From positions 25,606,001 to 25,670,000 of the forward strand of contig CM069143.1 in assembly GCA_035221665.1 (NCBI GenBank): a stretch of DNA of 64,000 bases, in the 5' to 3' direction. Positions 1-12,094 of the stretch are shown piece by piece. The number at the start of each line of letters is the position of its first letter. Position 1 is the stretch's first letter. Source of the stretch: Okamejei kenojei (lineage: Eukaryota). The notes under the pieces are model-generated. The model searched no databases, had not been told where the DNA came from, and saw nothing but the letters and a program-made list of their open reading frames with translations. Position numbers and translations under genes: made by a program.

Positions 1-2
1 AT

Positions 3-1169
3 GGAGGATGTCGGATCATCATCGACCTAACTCATCTGAACACTTTCGTACATTATACCCATTTCAAAATGGAAACCTTTGAAACAGCTCAGCAGCTACT
101 GTATCAGGGGTACTTTATGGCTTGCATTGATCTAAAAGATGCATACTATACAGTCCCCATCATAGACTCCCATAGGAAATTCTTAAAATGTGTCTGGAAG
201 GGACAGTTATGGCAATATGAAGCTTTACCCAATGGCTTAACCACAGCCCCCAGACTGTTTACCAAAATAGTCAAACCAATACTGGCGATCCTAAGGCAAC
301 AGAATGATATCGTCATGGCATACTTGGACGATATACTTATAGTGGGACAAACCCTCCAATTGGCGGAGCTGGCAGTCACAGCGACCAAATCTTTATTCGA
401 GATGTTAGGGTTTGTTACCCATCCAGACAAATCCAAATTCTCCCCGTCTCAAATCATGGACTATCTGGGCTTCACTATTGACACCAACCAAATGATAGTC
501 ACTATCCCAACCAACAAAGCATCAGATATAAAAGGTGCTTGCAACAGCCTTGCGTGCGCCAGGGTGCCGACCATCAGACATACTGCCAAGGTCATTGGGA
601 AACTGGTAGCAACATTTCCAGCTGCGCAATTCGGACCACTGCACTATCAAAACTTACTAAGAGCAAAGATTTCAGCATTAAAAACAAATGCTGGGCACTT
701 TGACCAGCCAATACGGCTGCCAATTAAGGCTAAAACTGAGCTACAATGGTGGGTCGACAACATTAGTGCGTGTTACAAACCCATCATTATTAGCAACCCA
801 TCAGTCGTGTTACAAACTGACGCAAGTGCTCAAGGCTGGGGTGCAACTGACACCACGTCCAGTTGTGGTGGCAGATGGGATCCTCACGAGTCTACCCTCC
901 TTCAGACACACGGGATAAATTATTTGGAGATGCTTGGGGCTTTCCATGGTCTGCGGGCATACTGCACCAATTTACAGCATTTACATGTCCGCCTTCAAAT
1001 AGATAATACCACGGTGGTGGCTTACATAAATCATATGGGTGGTATCAGGTCGTTATCTTGTGACGAATTGGCAAACACAATTTGGCACTGGTGTATTGCA
1101 AGAAATATTTGGCTTACAGCAACCTATCTACCAGGGAAGCTCAACACAGTGGCAGACACCAGGTCATGA
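3..1169 (+). pseudogene. DIRS reverse transcriptase-RNase H (5'-truncated by the window edge)
   Basis: Frame open from base 3 (GGCRIIIDLTHLN...FKMET). RT motifs IDLKDAYY, LPNGLTTAPRLFTK and YLDD; RNase H motifs QTDAS, INYLEM, QIDNTT and NTVAD. Ends at a TGA in frame with the next domain. Confidence 0.92.
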
Positions 1170-1604
1170 GTGTTCAATGATAACATCGAGTGGATGTTGA
1201 ACCCCCTAATATTTGCTCAAATTATAGCTAACTTTGGTACACCAGATATCGACCTCTTTGCGTCCAGGTTGAACCATCAGATACCAACGTATGTGTCTTG
1301 GGAACCAGACCCTGGGTCAGTAGCTATGGATGCTTTTTCACTCCATTGGGGGAAATGGTTCTGCTACGCATTTCCCCCATTCTGCCTCATCAGTCGGGTA
1401 TTGCAGAAAATACAACTGGATTCTGCTTCAGGCATATTGATCATACCCGACTGGCCTACACAGCCATGGTACCCGGTGGTTCTCCAAATAATAAAACGTC
1501 CGTGGGTTCAAATTGCTAAAAACCCCACTTTACTCACTAACCCCATTACGGGGGAAAGTCACCCGTGCCATGGCCACTTAAACCTGTTGGCTTGCAGGTT
1601 CTGA
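1170..1604 (+). pseudogene. DIRS DNA N6-adenine methyltransferase-like (MT) domain
   Basis: IDLFAS (SAM-binding motif I-like), DAF...W, YAFPPF (NPPY/F-like motif IV) and PDWPTQPWYP. Same frame as RT/RNase H, separated only by TGA 1167-1169. Confidence 0.88.
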
Positions 1605-1738
1605 AGAGGCCGGCATATCGGCCCAGGGCAATGGACCTCATTTCAGCATCGTGCAGAGCATCAACCCGGCAGCAGTACGTCACCCGGATCAGGAAGTGGG
1701 AGGCCTACTGCTCCCGAACACATACCACCTACAACTCT

Positions 1739-1965
1739 TTTTTTTAAAGAAGGAACTGCAGATGCTGGAGAATCGAGGGTACACAAAAAGCTGGAGAAAC
1801 TCAGCGGGTGCAGCAGCATCTAAGGAGCGAAGGAGATAGGCGACGTTCGGGTCGAGACCCTTCTTCAGACCAGTCTGAAGAAGGGTCTCGACCCGAAACG
1901 TCGCCTATCTCCTTCGCTCCTTAGATGCTGCTGCACCCGCTGAGTTTCTCCAGCTTTTTGTGTAC
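1739..1965. mobile_element. Palindromic Penelope-derived hammerhead element nested in the DIRS YR gene
   Basis: Arms 1777-1870 and 1873-1967 are reverse complements except one base. Flanked by a 14-bp direct repeat CCACCTACAACTCT (1725-1738 and 1966-1979). Confidence 0.9.
1875..1902 (+). ncRNA. Minimal type-I hammerhead ribozyme motif (Penelope type)
   Basis: CUGAAGA core, extra A, helix II GGGU-CUCG-ACCC, GAAAC-GUC with a palindromic ACGU helix III. Helix I is weak and activity is untested. Confidence 0.7.
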
Positions 1966-3344
1966 CCACCTACAACTCTGCCATGATCCCTGACGTCCTG
2001 GAATTCCTAGTGGGCCTTCATTACGATGAGGGTGCCATCAACAGCGCCAGGAGTGCGCTCTCCTCATACCTGAATATAGGTGTGGGCACGCACCATCTGG
2101 TGTCCAAATTCATGAGGGGAGTGTTCAACACCAACCCTCCACGACCCCGATACAACATCACTTGGAATGTGGGGGTAGTACTTACACTACTGAGAAGCTG
2201 GTCCCCTTTGACAGGACTACCTCTTGACAAGCTCACCCTTAAAGTGGTGACGCTGATGGCACTGACTTCAGCTCAACGAGTCCAGGCCTTGCAGATGGTC
2301 TCGACTCCTGCAAAGGTGACTTTCTTTGTCGAGGACCTGCTGAAGCAACATAGGCCCAGGTCTTCTGGGCTGCAGTTGGAATTCCAGGCGTACCCCACTG
2401 ATGCCACCCTCTGCATAACCACCCATCTCCGCTATTACATCCGAACAACTCGAACCATCCGGAAGATGGAGCAGGGGGTCTCCTCATCAGCCACAAACAA
2501 CCACATCACTGGGTGACTGTGCAGACCATCGCCAGGTGGCTCAGGGCGGTGTTGGGTGCAGCTGGTATCGATACTAACATTTTTAAAATCTCACTCTACC
2601 AGGTCTGCATCCACATCAGCGGCAAGGGCCATGGAGGTGCCCATGGACCACATCCCCACCACCGCGGGCTGGGCCAGTGAATCGACTTTCCAGAGGTTTT
2701 ACAGTAAACCGGTGGTCGCCCCCGCTACATTTGCGGAAGCCGTGTGGAGAGCCGCTCCGTGAATGATTACTCGCCGAGTAGGGGTTTTGCTTTGTTACTC
2801 TTCGTTTTAATAAATCTGCATTATTTTTCAGCCTGTTCAGTCTGGAATGCATTAACAAACTTCCTCCATCAGTATTGCGGCAGTGTGATAGCATGAACGT
2901 TGTCCAGGGCGTGTAATCACAGAAGCTTTGAAGTCTTCACGAAGTCACTCACGTAACTCCGAAGTAAAATAGTAAGATTAAACGAGAACTTACCAAGTTT
3001 GAAGGTTGATCTTTATTTTATGAGGAGTTGTGATGAGGGATTTCGTGAAGACCCCGCCAGCACGCATGCGCGACATTCTTCAAAGCAGCGGTGTGGAATA
3101 ACAGTACAAATCATGGAAGGAGATAGTAAGATTAATAAAGTAGAATATACCAGTTGACCTTATGATAGAGGGTTGGAAGCGGAGGGCACAAAATCCCTCA
3201 TCGCAACTCCTCATAAAATAAAGATCAACCTTCAAACTTGGTAAGTTCTCGTTTAATTTTACTATTAATCACCTTTAATCTAAATCACATGATGTCCAAA
3301 ATCCACCAAACTGCATTAATCCCAGACTCACAATTATACTGACT

Positions 3345-3680
3345 TCACAGCACGTCATTCCTTCTCCCTGCTCCTGACCGGCAGAAGGTATAGAAGCTTG
3401 AAGGCGCCCGCAACCAGACTCAGAAACCGCTTCTTGCTCTCTGTTATCAGGCTTCTGGACGGTCCTTCCATAAACTAGGGCATTGTCTGATTCACCTCAA
3501 CCCTTTGCGGACATTGGACTTTGTCTATAGAACTGATGCATTACAATGCTGAGAACTATATGCTGCCCTATGTATCTTCACCTTTGCTCTACCTATTGTA
3601 CTTGAGTTTGACTTGAGATTGTATTTAATTTGTGGTATTATCAGATCTGATTGGATAGCGTGCAAACAAAACTTTTAGAC
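3345..3680 (+). mobile_element. Rex1/Babar-like LINE 3' fragment
   Basis: Encodes ...FSLLLTGRRYRSLKAPATRLRNRFLLSVIRLLDG, the typical C-terminus, followed by a 3' UTR-like tail. Confidence 0.6.
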
Positions 3681-4602
3681 CATAAAACATAGGAGCAGAA
3701 TTAGGCCATTCGGCCCATCGAGTTTACTCTACCCTTCAAGCATGGCTGATCTATTTTTCCCTCTCAATTCAATTCTCCTATCTTCACCCTGTGATCTTTG
3801 ACACCCTGCACTTCAGGTCTCCTTCTCTGTACACTGTTCCTCTTCTAGTACCTTTTGTCTGTAACTCAGGTGATAATAAACCTAAACCATGGGAAAGTCT
3901 GGTGGAGTGATCCAACAACTGCCCAGCACCTAACGGCAACTTACATTTTCCAACAGAACTAGCAGTTAAACCCAACACATGTTAAAGCAATCATGGTACC
4001 GTCTCCTGGAGCCAGCACATCATGTGGGGAATATCATGAAATAATTAAACCTCATCACTTGGAGCTGCATCTCGCTGTGCAGAGTTTGTTTGTGATATTC
4101 ATCCAAGTAATCTCAAGAATGCTTTAAAACAAAGCGAGTTTGCCTCCAGAAATGTTCATGCTTTGCTCCAAGTAGCAAGAGTGGTTTAATGTAGAATAAT
4201 TAATACAACACTCAATATGTTTGTTTTCTTCCTGTAGCATTGATGGTATGTTTTAATCAAGGGACAGCAGAATCAGTTGGATCGGACAGAAGGCTACTTC
4301 CGAGTGTGTGGCAGCTGGCGTGAAGTAGTTGGGCGTTGCTTTTGGCACGGGGGTGAACAAACCTCACTGAGCCAGTCTGCCTCACTTCATTTCAAAGCTC
4401 TTCCGGCCCTTGCCCCAGAGACTCAGACATCAGTCAGAAGGGGGTTGTTTGTTGCCACCCATGCCTGTGGAGTGAGGGGAGCACATTTGATATTGGTTTA
4501 TCATTGTCACATGTACTGAGATACAGTGAAAACCATTTGTTTGCATGCTATCCAATTAATCAGAGCATACTATACATGAATACAATCGTGCTACACACAA
4601 AT

Positions 4603-4980
4603 ACATAGAAACATAGAAAATATGTGCAGGAGTAGGCCAGTCAGCCCTTTGAGCCAACACCACCATTCAATATGATCATGGCTGATCATCCAAAATCTGT
4701 ACCCCGTTCCTGCTTTCTCCCCATATCCATTGATTCCGTTACCCCTAAGAGGTATATCTAACTCTCTCTTGAAAACATCCAGTGCTTCCCTTCTGTGGCA
4801 GAGGATTCCACAGATTCACAACTCTCTGCGTGAAAATGTTTTTCCTCATGTCCGTCCTAAATAGCCTACCCCTTATTTTTACACTGTGATCCCTGGTTCT
4901 GGACTCCCCCAACATCGGGAACATTTTTCCTGCATCGAGCCTGTCCAATCCCTTAAGAATTTATTGTTTTTATAAGATCC
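4603..4980 (-). mobile_element. CR1/HER1-type LINE 3' end
   Basis: ATAGAAACATAG tail; the minus-strand ORF reads ESRTRDHSVKIRGRLFRTDMRKNIFTQRVVNLWNPLP (CR1 C-terminus). Confidence 0.85.
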
Positions 4981-5119
4981 CCACGTATACTTCTAAATTC
5001 CATCGAATGCAACGAGAAAAATATTAGAGTGCAGAATACATTTTTACAATGTTATAGCATTACAGAGAAAAAGTCTAATGTCTGCAATGCAGTAGGCAGG
5101 AAGATCGGGACTACACCCT

Positions 5120-5196
5120 AGCTCAATGGGGCAGGCAGCATTTCTGGGTAGAAGGAATGGGTGACGTTTCGGGTCAAGACCTTTCTTCAGACTAAC
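5120..5196 (-). mobile_element. Penelope-derived hammerhead element copy
   Basis: Reverse complement reads AGTCTGAAGAAAGGTCTTGACCCGAAACGTCACCCATTCC...ATGCTGCCTG. Confidence 0.75.
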
Positions 5197-5689
5197 ATGC
5201 AATTTACCATTGTCTTTCCATATCCAGAGAGCACTGATCCCTGTGGAATATCTGGGCTTGCCATCTACTAGCCTGGAGATTAACCATAACAAATAGATGC
5301 TGAACTGGAAACATTCAGAGACTGGGTAATCTCAGGTCAAAGACCCCTTGTCAAAACAAGAAAAAAGATAAAACAAGCTTTAAGTTACTATGAGGCTGAG
5401 GAAGGGATGGAAAGGTCAAAGAGAATATCCGCTAGGCTGACGTCAGAGTGCTATATTGCAACAAGCAACCTCATTATTTGAATTTTATACATTACCTGTA
5501 TAGTTTGATTCAACTTATTAAATTTGAAGGAAGGATTTTGAATTATTAGTAGAAAATGATAAGGTTTGGAAACATACTGACAAAGCACTGATTGTACAAG
5601 ATGTACCTCAGTGCAGTTAACACCTTGGATAGGACATGGGTTGAAAGGTGAAGTACGGAAAAATTCAAATATCTTGGTGTTCACGTAAC

Positions 5690-7512
5690 TAGAAAATACA
5701 CCTCTCTATTTCAGGCAAACTTTCCTCCTTTAGTTACTAAATTAAATACTCTTATTCAATTTTGGAAAACACTTCCGATGTCTCTCATAGGCAGAATAAA
5801 TGCCATAAAGGTGATCTTCCCCCCACAAATCCTGTACTTATTTCAATCAATACCGCTATACCTTCCTAAATATTTTTTCAAAAAACTTGATTCTCTGATT
5901 ATAAACTTTATTTAGGATTATAAAACACATAGAATCCATAAACGGCATCTATGTAAACCCAAAGAAATTGGTGAACTGGCTCTCCCCAATTTTTTATACT
6001 ACTATTGGGCAACAAATATTCAAAATGTAATCTATTGGCTGAACAATACATGCCAACAGGTAAAATGGTTAATAATGGAGAGAGAGGATTGCTCGCCTTT
6101 CAATATAGGTGCGATTCTTCCCTCTCCAATAAATATGAAGAAGATACTATATGAGAAAAACCCGATTATCCACAGTACCTTACGAATCTGGAGACAAGTG
6201 AAGTCAACCCTTAAACTGAGAAATTTATCTCTTCTCTCACCAATTGCCAATAATCCTTCGTTCAAGCCATCTATTTTAGACAAAACATTTACACATTGGG
6301 AAAGATTAGGAATCACAAAACTCGGAGATCTTTATGAGATGGGAACTCTTCTCTCATTTCAAGAATTACAGACGAAATATCACCTGAAAGGTGGTCAATA
6401 TTTTAGATACCTTCAAATACGAGACTATCTGAAATCATATACCCAAGACTATCAATCTTTGTTCCCAGACATACTAGACGAATGTATGAATAGAAACTCG
6501 GAGTTAAGCAAGTTAATATCATATTTGTATAACACCCTTTTAAATATAGAAATTCCATCATCAGAAGTAATTAGAAGAGCATGGGAAGATGAACCTTGGC
6601 CTAAAAATTCTAAAAGACAGATGGGAGGAAAACCTTCTATATATACACAATTTTTCGATTAACGTTAGGCATTCATTAATCCAATTAAAAATACTGCACA
6701 GACTCTATTATTCAAAGTCTAAACTGAATAAGATCTTTCCAAATGTATCTCCTATTTGCGATCAATGTCTTCTTCAGGAAGCAACTATAACTCATTCCTT
6801 TGTCTCTTGTATAACTTCTGGAGAGGAATTTTTGAAATGTTTTCAAAAACACTAAAAATACAATTGGATCCCGACACGGAACTGATCACTCTAGGTACGT
6901 CAGAAGCCTGCTCTGAGCTATCATTATTTCAAAGACGTTTCCTTAATTATGGCCTGATAACGGCGAAAAAACAAATACTCAAAATTTGGAAATATACATC
7001 AGTCTCTACTCTTAAGATGTGGATTATAAACATTCCGAGATGCTACATCTTGAAAATATTAGACTTGTCTTGGCAGAAAAACCAGATCATTTTTCGAAGA
7101 CATGGCCACCTTTCATTGATTTATTACAAGGATAGTATGGTGCAACACAATTTTGGATTTAAATCTAATTACGGGTTGGGTGAGGTGGGTGGGGGGGATG
7201 TGAGGCAGGTATATCACCACTTTTTTCTTTCTTTCTCTTTTTGTCCTTTTATTTTATTTTTTTATTTTTTATATTCCTCTTTTCTTTCTGTCATTTATTC
7301 ACTCTCTGGCTACACCACTTTGGTAGTCTTGCGGTTCTGTCTTTGCATATCTCACTTTTTCTCTTTCTTCTCCTTTCCTCTTTTCCAATTATAGTTAAAA
7401 AGTTAAAATTGAAGCTGTACAATAACCATATAATTTTATATGCCGTTGGTTCTATTTTTGTACACTTGCTTCTAATAAATAAAAATATTTTTAAAAAAAA
7501 AAGAAAAAGAAA
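5690..7512 (+). mobile_element. L1-clade LINE, 5'-truncated ORF2 C-terminal half plus 3' UTR
   Basis: Translates W..LPMSLIGRINAIK...PQILYLFQSIP, GELALPNF..YYWA, QYFRYLQIRDY, and a C-terminal Cys/His motif (PICDQC...ATITHSFVSC). T-rich 3' UTR, AATAAA near 7474-7483 and an A-rich tail at 7493-7512. Contains stops and frameshifts. Confidence 0.85.
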
Positions 7513-7620
7513 GGTGAAGTATCTAATTGGAACTCATTCTGGTTGAAAACTGACAAATCACTCTTGCTAATTATTTATATTAATAATCTAAAATATTCTT
7601 AAAATTTTGGATGTCTCTAA

Positions 7621-7895
7621 TAGAAACATAGAAACATAGAAAATAGGTGCAGGAGTAGGCCATTCGGCCCTTCGAGCCTGCACCGCCATTCAATATGATC
7701 ATGGCTGATCATCCAACTCAGTATCCTGTCCCTGCCTTCTCTCCATACCCCCTGATCCGTTTAGCCACAAGGGTCACATCCAACTCCCTCTTAAATATAG
7801 CCAATGAACTGGCCTCAACTACCTTCTGTGGCAGATAATTCCAGAGACTCACCACTCTCTGTGTGAAAAATGTTTTCCTCATCTCGGTCCTAAAG
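7621..7895 (-). mobile_element. CR1/HER1-type LINE 3' end
   Basis: (TAGAAACA)n tail, AGGAGTAGGCCATTCGGCCC 3' hairpin region; similar to 4603-4860 and to 30830-31090 in reverse. Confidence 0.85.
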
Positions 7896-7899
7896 GAAT

Positions 7900-8230
7900 T
7901 ACCAATTTCTACAGATGCACCCTAGATCGCAGATTTATATGACAACAAATCTACGCAAGACCACAAGAACTGCAGAGAGTCATGGATGCAACCCAGACCA
8001 TCACATAGATGAGTTTCCCACATCCCCCCCTCCCCCAACCCTAGATTTCACAATGCCTCGGGAACGCAGACAAGATAATCATGGACCACTCACCCACCAG
8101 TCATTCCTCTTTCTCCCCTCTCCCATTGGAGATCAATACAAAAGTTTGAAAGCATATTCCACCAGATTCAAGAACAGCTTCTTCCCCACTGTTATCAGAC
8201 TCGTGAATGGACCTCTCATATGCTAACTAT
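7900..8230 (+). mobile_element. Rex1/Babar-like LINE 3' fragment
   Basis: PSPIGDQYKSLKAYSTRFKNSFFPTVIRLVNG C-terminal motif. Confidence 0.65.
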
Positions 8231-8379
8231 GTTTAATCTAGCTTAGTTCTGTTTAGTTTAGTTGAGTTTATTATAGCTTAGTTTAGTTAAGTTTAGTTTA
8301 GAGTTAGAGCATGGAAATGGGCCCTTCAGCTGACTGAGTCCACGCTTACCATCGATCACCCCTTCATACTATTCTTATT

Positions 8380-10210
8380 CATATTCCTGTTGCTATGTCA
8401 ATAAATGTTGAACATCTACCTGTGGTATCCAGAGATGGAAATAGTGTTAACACAGAAAAACTGGACTGGTCAACACTCACGAAGGAAGACATCTTAGCCT
8501 ATTATGTTCATACAGATAAATCCTTAAGCAATATTCATCTACCTAAAGACACAATTATGTGTAGTAATGGTAATTGTAAGTATGTGAAGCATAGGAGAGA
8601 TATCTGCTCCATGTATAATGATATAGTAAGTGCTTTATATGGAAGCAGTAAGCCCCACTGCAAGCATAAAAATAAGACACATAACATCAGGCCTGGCTGG
8701 AATAAGTGTGTCGCTGAGTATCATGCTGAAGCCCGTGAAGCCACTAAATCTTGGGCTATGGCAGGTAGACCCAGACAGGGGCCTGTGTTTGAGTACAAGA
8801 AGCTCACTGTGCCAGATATAAGTATGCTGTTCGCTTCATCTGTAAAAAAGAATAAGCTATGAGGGCTGATTCCATCGCCAAAAGCTGCTAAGTAACAATG
8901 CTACTGATTTTTGGAAAGAAGTGAGAGTTCTTAACGACTGTAAAACCTCTACCTTGCACTGTAGATGGAATCTCCAGAACAGCTAATATCGCAGAGTTAT
9001 GGTGACAGCATTATAGTACTCTATTCAGCAGTGCCCAAAGTAATTTGTATAGGGTGGACAATACTGAGAGTATTGATTCAATGGTGATTATATCACATGA
9101 GGTGTATCATGCTATGGACAAGCTGTCCGACAGCAAAGAGAGTGGCTTAGATCATATTTCTGCTGAACATCTTTAATATGCCAGTATGAGGATAGCTCCT
9201 CTCCTTGCTATTTGTTTTACTGGCTCTATGATTCATGGCTTCCTATCAGACTCAATGTTGTCTGTTCTGTTAGTGCCAGTCATTAAGGACAAAGCTGGTA
9301 AAGTAGGCAGCGTAAATAATTACAGGCCCATAGCTTTAGCCAGCATACTATCAGAAGTCCTAGAAAGAAATCTGCTGGATAGATTAAATGAGTTTGTTCA
9401 CAGATAACAAGTTTGGTTTTAAAGCTAAACATGGCACTGATGTGTATATATGCCTTAAAGGAAATTGTAAACAAATATAGAGGTAAAAATTCATCAATTC
9501 TTATGTGCTTTATTGATGCTTCCAAAGCCTTTGATCGCGTTAATCATAGAGAGTTGTTTGTTAAATTGAGTCAAAGAGGGGAGCCTAAATACATTGTGAG
9601 AATTCTGGCTTATTGAATTCTGGCCTACCACCAGACTATGCAAGTAAAATGGGGCAATAGGGTCTCAGCCCCATTTGGGGTCAGCAATGGCATCAAACAA
9701 GGGGGAATTTTGTCCCCAGTTATTTTTTATCTCTATTTTGATGATCTGTCCAAGCAATTGAAAGCCTGTAACACTGGCTTGGTAATACTCTAGTGAACCA
9801 TATTATGTATGCAGATAATCTTGTGGTCTTAATCCATCTACCGCTGGTCTCCAGCAGCTCCTTACTATATGTTCTGTGTATGGTGTGGAACATGATATTA
9901 AATATAATGCTGGTAAGAGTGCTATTATGATCTGTAGAACCAAAGAGGATAAATGTCTAAAATATCCTGATTTTAAATTATCTGTTAAAGATCTTAGTGT
10001 CTGTAATAAGGTAAAATATCTTGGATGATGAGGATATTTATAGGCAACGCCCCATGATGTATGGACAAGCAAATATCCTCTTACACAAGTTTAGTGCGTG
10101 TACAGATGGTGTGAAGATGTCTCTGTTCAGAAAATATTGTACACCATTCTATACTGCACACCTATCGTCAAACTACAGAAAAGTAAGTTTACAGAGACTT
10201 AAAGTAGCTT
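8380..10210 (+). mobile_element. Degenerate non-LTR retrotransposon RT region (RTE-X/Proto2-like; clade tentative)
   Basis: PGWN, NNYRPIALASILS, FGFK.KHGT, CIYALKE, CFIDASKAFDRVNH, GIKQGGILSP, NHIMYADNLVV and C-terminal ANILLHKFSAC...KMSLFRKYCTPFY, spread over several frameshifts. Confidence 0.8.
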
Positions 10211-10590
10211 GGGGATTGCTACAGTGCTGTGGGGAGGGGGGGGAGCAGATACATTGGATTAGTTTGAGATAGATACAAGAGTTTAGGAAGAGAGTGTGGT
10301 TGTGTAATTTGTTTAGGATTGAGCCAGGACTATAGAGAATGGGGCAATGGGATTATTTTGGGAGTGATACAGGGCTGTAGGGAGAGAGTCAGTGGGATTA
10401 GTGTGGGATTGACATATGGTTGTGGGGAGAGAGTGGGGCAGTGGTATTAGTGTGGGATTGATACAGGGCTATGAGGAGGGCAGGGCATTGAATTTAATGT
10501 GATACAGGGCTACGAGGAGAGCAAAGAGTATTGGAATTAGCTTGGGCATTGGAACCGATTTAGGGAGAGAGTGGGTGGGTGGGATAGTTT
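10205..10590. repeat. Degenerate ~40-45 bp tandem minisatellite
   Basis: Recurrent GGGATTGATACAGGGCT(G/A)T..GGAGAGAGTGGGGCAGTGGGATTAGT units. Confidence 0.7.
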
Positions 10591-11424
10591 AACAGGATAG
10601 TTATCATTTACATGTGTGAAATGCTCAGGATAAACTGAAACATTGCTCATTCAATGCCATTCTACTTTTTTGAACAAAACGGTTGATTGAACAGGTGAGC
10701 AATGGAAACTTGTTCTTGGAGCAATTTATGATTGAACTATGTGGCCATATGTATATAGCATATCCAGCAGGACCAACACCAGTGCAGGGGACAGGCGACA
10801 CAAACCTGTATTCCTCCGAGATTCATCCTGCCCTACTGAGTAGTTGCTGCATCTTCTAACTTTATTTGGCATCATTTTAAATTTCAAGTTATTTTTAACA
10901 AAAGATGAATGTGAAGATAGACCTTTTAAGTGACTATAAAAGGCGTAGGCAATTTAATGTGGTCAATGAAAAGGCAATGTATTTTCTTTAAATAATGAGG
11001 CATTGACATGTGTTGGTGCTTGGAGGAAACCTGGCTCGCCATTGACCACTGGAAGTTAACACACAACTACAATTTGGAAGACATATCGTGGCTTTTTACT
11101 GTAAGAGGTTTGACTGCAATAGTGAAGATGTCACATTGAAATGAATCCACCCTGGTGAGGGGACATGTGGAAGGCTGGTGGCAGACTCGAGGAAGTAAGT
11201 ACTTTCACTGGTGAGAGCTCAGGGAAGGTTAATTGTGATGATTCGTGAGATGTTGGTTTTATTCCACGAGGAGAGATTAGGCAGAATGGGACCACACTCT
11301 CTGGGGTTTAGAACAAATAGATTGTTGAAATATCCAACACTGAGTAGTATGGTCAGGTTTGATTCAGGGACGATGATGTGGGCATCTGGGAAGGGGTTCA
11401 CAGTCTCGAAACAAAAGGTTGGCC

Positions 11425-11520
11425 TAGTCTGAGGAAGGGTCCTGACCCCAATCATCACCTATTCCTTTTCTGCAGAAATGCTGCCTGACCCACTGAGTTA
11501 CTCCAGCATTTTGTGTCGAT
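11425..11520 (+). mobile_element. Penelope-derived hammerhead element with 12-bp TSD
   Basis: AAAAGGTTGGCC at 11413-11424 and 11521-11532 brackets TAGTCTGAGGAAGGGTCCTGACCC...GCATTTTGTGTC; the core is degenerate. Confidence 0.8.
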
Positions 11521-11971
11521 AAAAGGTTGGCCACTTGGAACTCAGGTAAGGTGCAATCTCTTTCTGCAAGAAGAAGCAAATCTTTGGAATTCTCTGCCAA
11601 AGAGGGTAGGTGAGGCCCTGTCACTGAATATATGCGAGGCAAGATCAATGGAAGTTTGGAAATTGAAATCTGTGGGATTGAGGTAAATGCAGGAACACAG
11701 AAGGGAGTAAAGATGGTCTTACTGAAGTCAGAACAAACTCAAGGGGACCACGTGGCTGTTGCAGCTTTGCGTTTCCACATTCTTGTTGTTTTTTGGTGAT
11801 GCAGGTCCATTCAGTGTACATCTGAAGTGTTTTTGAACCTGTAACATTATTATTTCCTCTGGTTAGCCTGAGTGCAAAGTGGAAAGCATATTCATGATAG
11901 TATGTGCATTGCAGTGAAATGGCAGGTGAGAGATCACAAACAGTAAATACCTTTATCCCAAAGTCTTCTGG

Positions 11972-12010
<39 letters not shown>

Positions 12011-12094
12011 TGGTTAGTTAACTGGATTAGAAAAACAGCACAGAGACAATTTTAAGTTAGAATTTCGACAGAGGCTCTTAAAAATTTCCAATAT

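Larger units (their letters stand above)
1565..2762 (+). pseudogene. DIRS tyrosine recombinase, disrupted by an insertion and two frameshifts
   Basis: N-terminal STRQQY..KWEAYC, INSARSALS, PRYNITWNV, catalytic SAQR, HSTR, AGW and FQRFY. Interrupted at 1739-1979; frameshifts near 2480 and 2585. Confidence 0.9.
1..3266 (+). mobile_element. DIRS1-type tyrosine-recombinase retrotransposon, 3' portion (5' end lies upstream of the window)
   Basis: Ordered RT, RNase H, methyltransferase-like and tyrosine recombinase ORFs, followed by an 80-bp segment (2968-3047) complementary to the extreme right end (3187-3266), as expected for the DIRS ICR/terminal repeat system. Confidence 0.93.

Noticed and set aside
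1-2762. RT plus methyltransferase plus integrase as a novel or prokaryotic system
   Set aside because: This domain combination is the known architecture of DIRS1-group retrotransposons.
10205-10590. CRISPR-like periodic repeat
   Set aside because: Degenerate tandem minisatellite without unique spacers, in a eukaryotic context with no cas genes.
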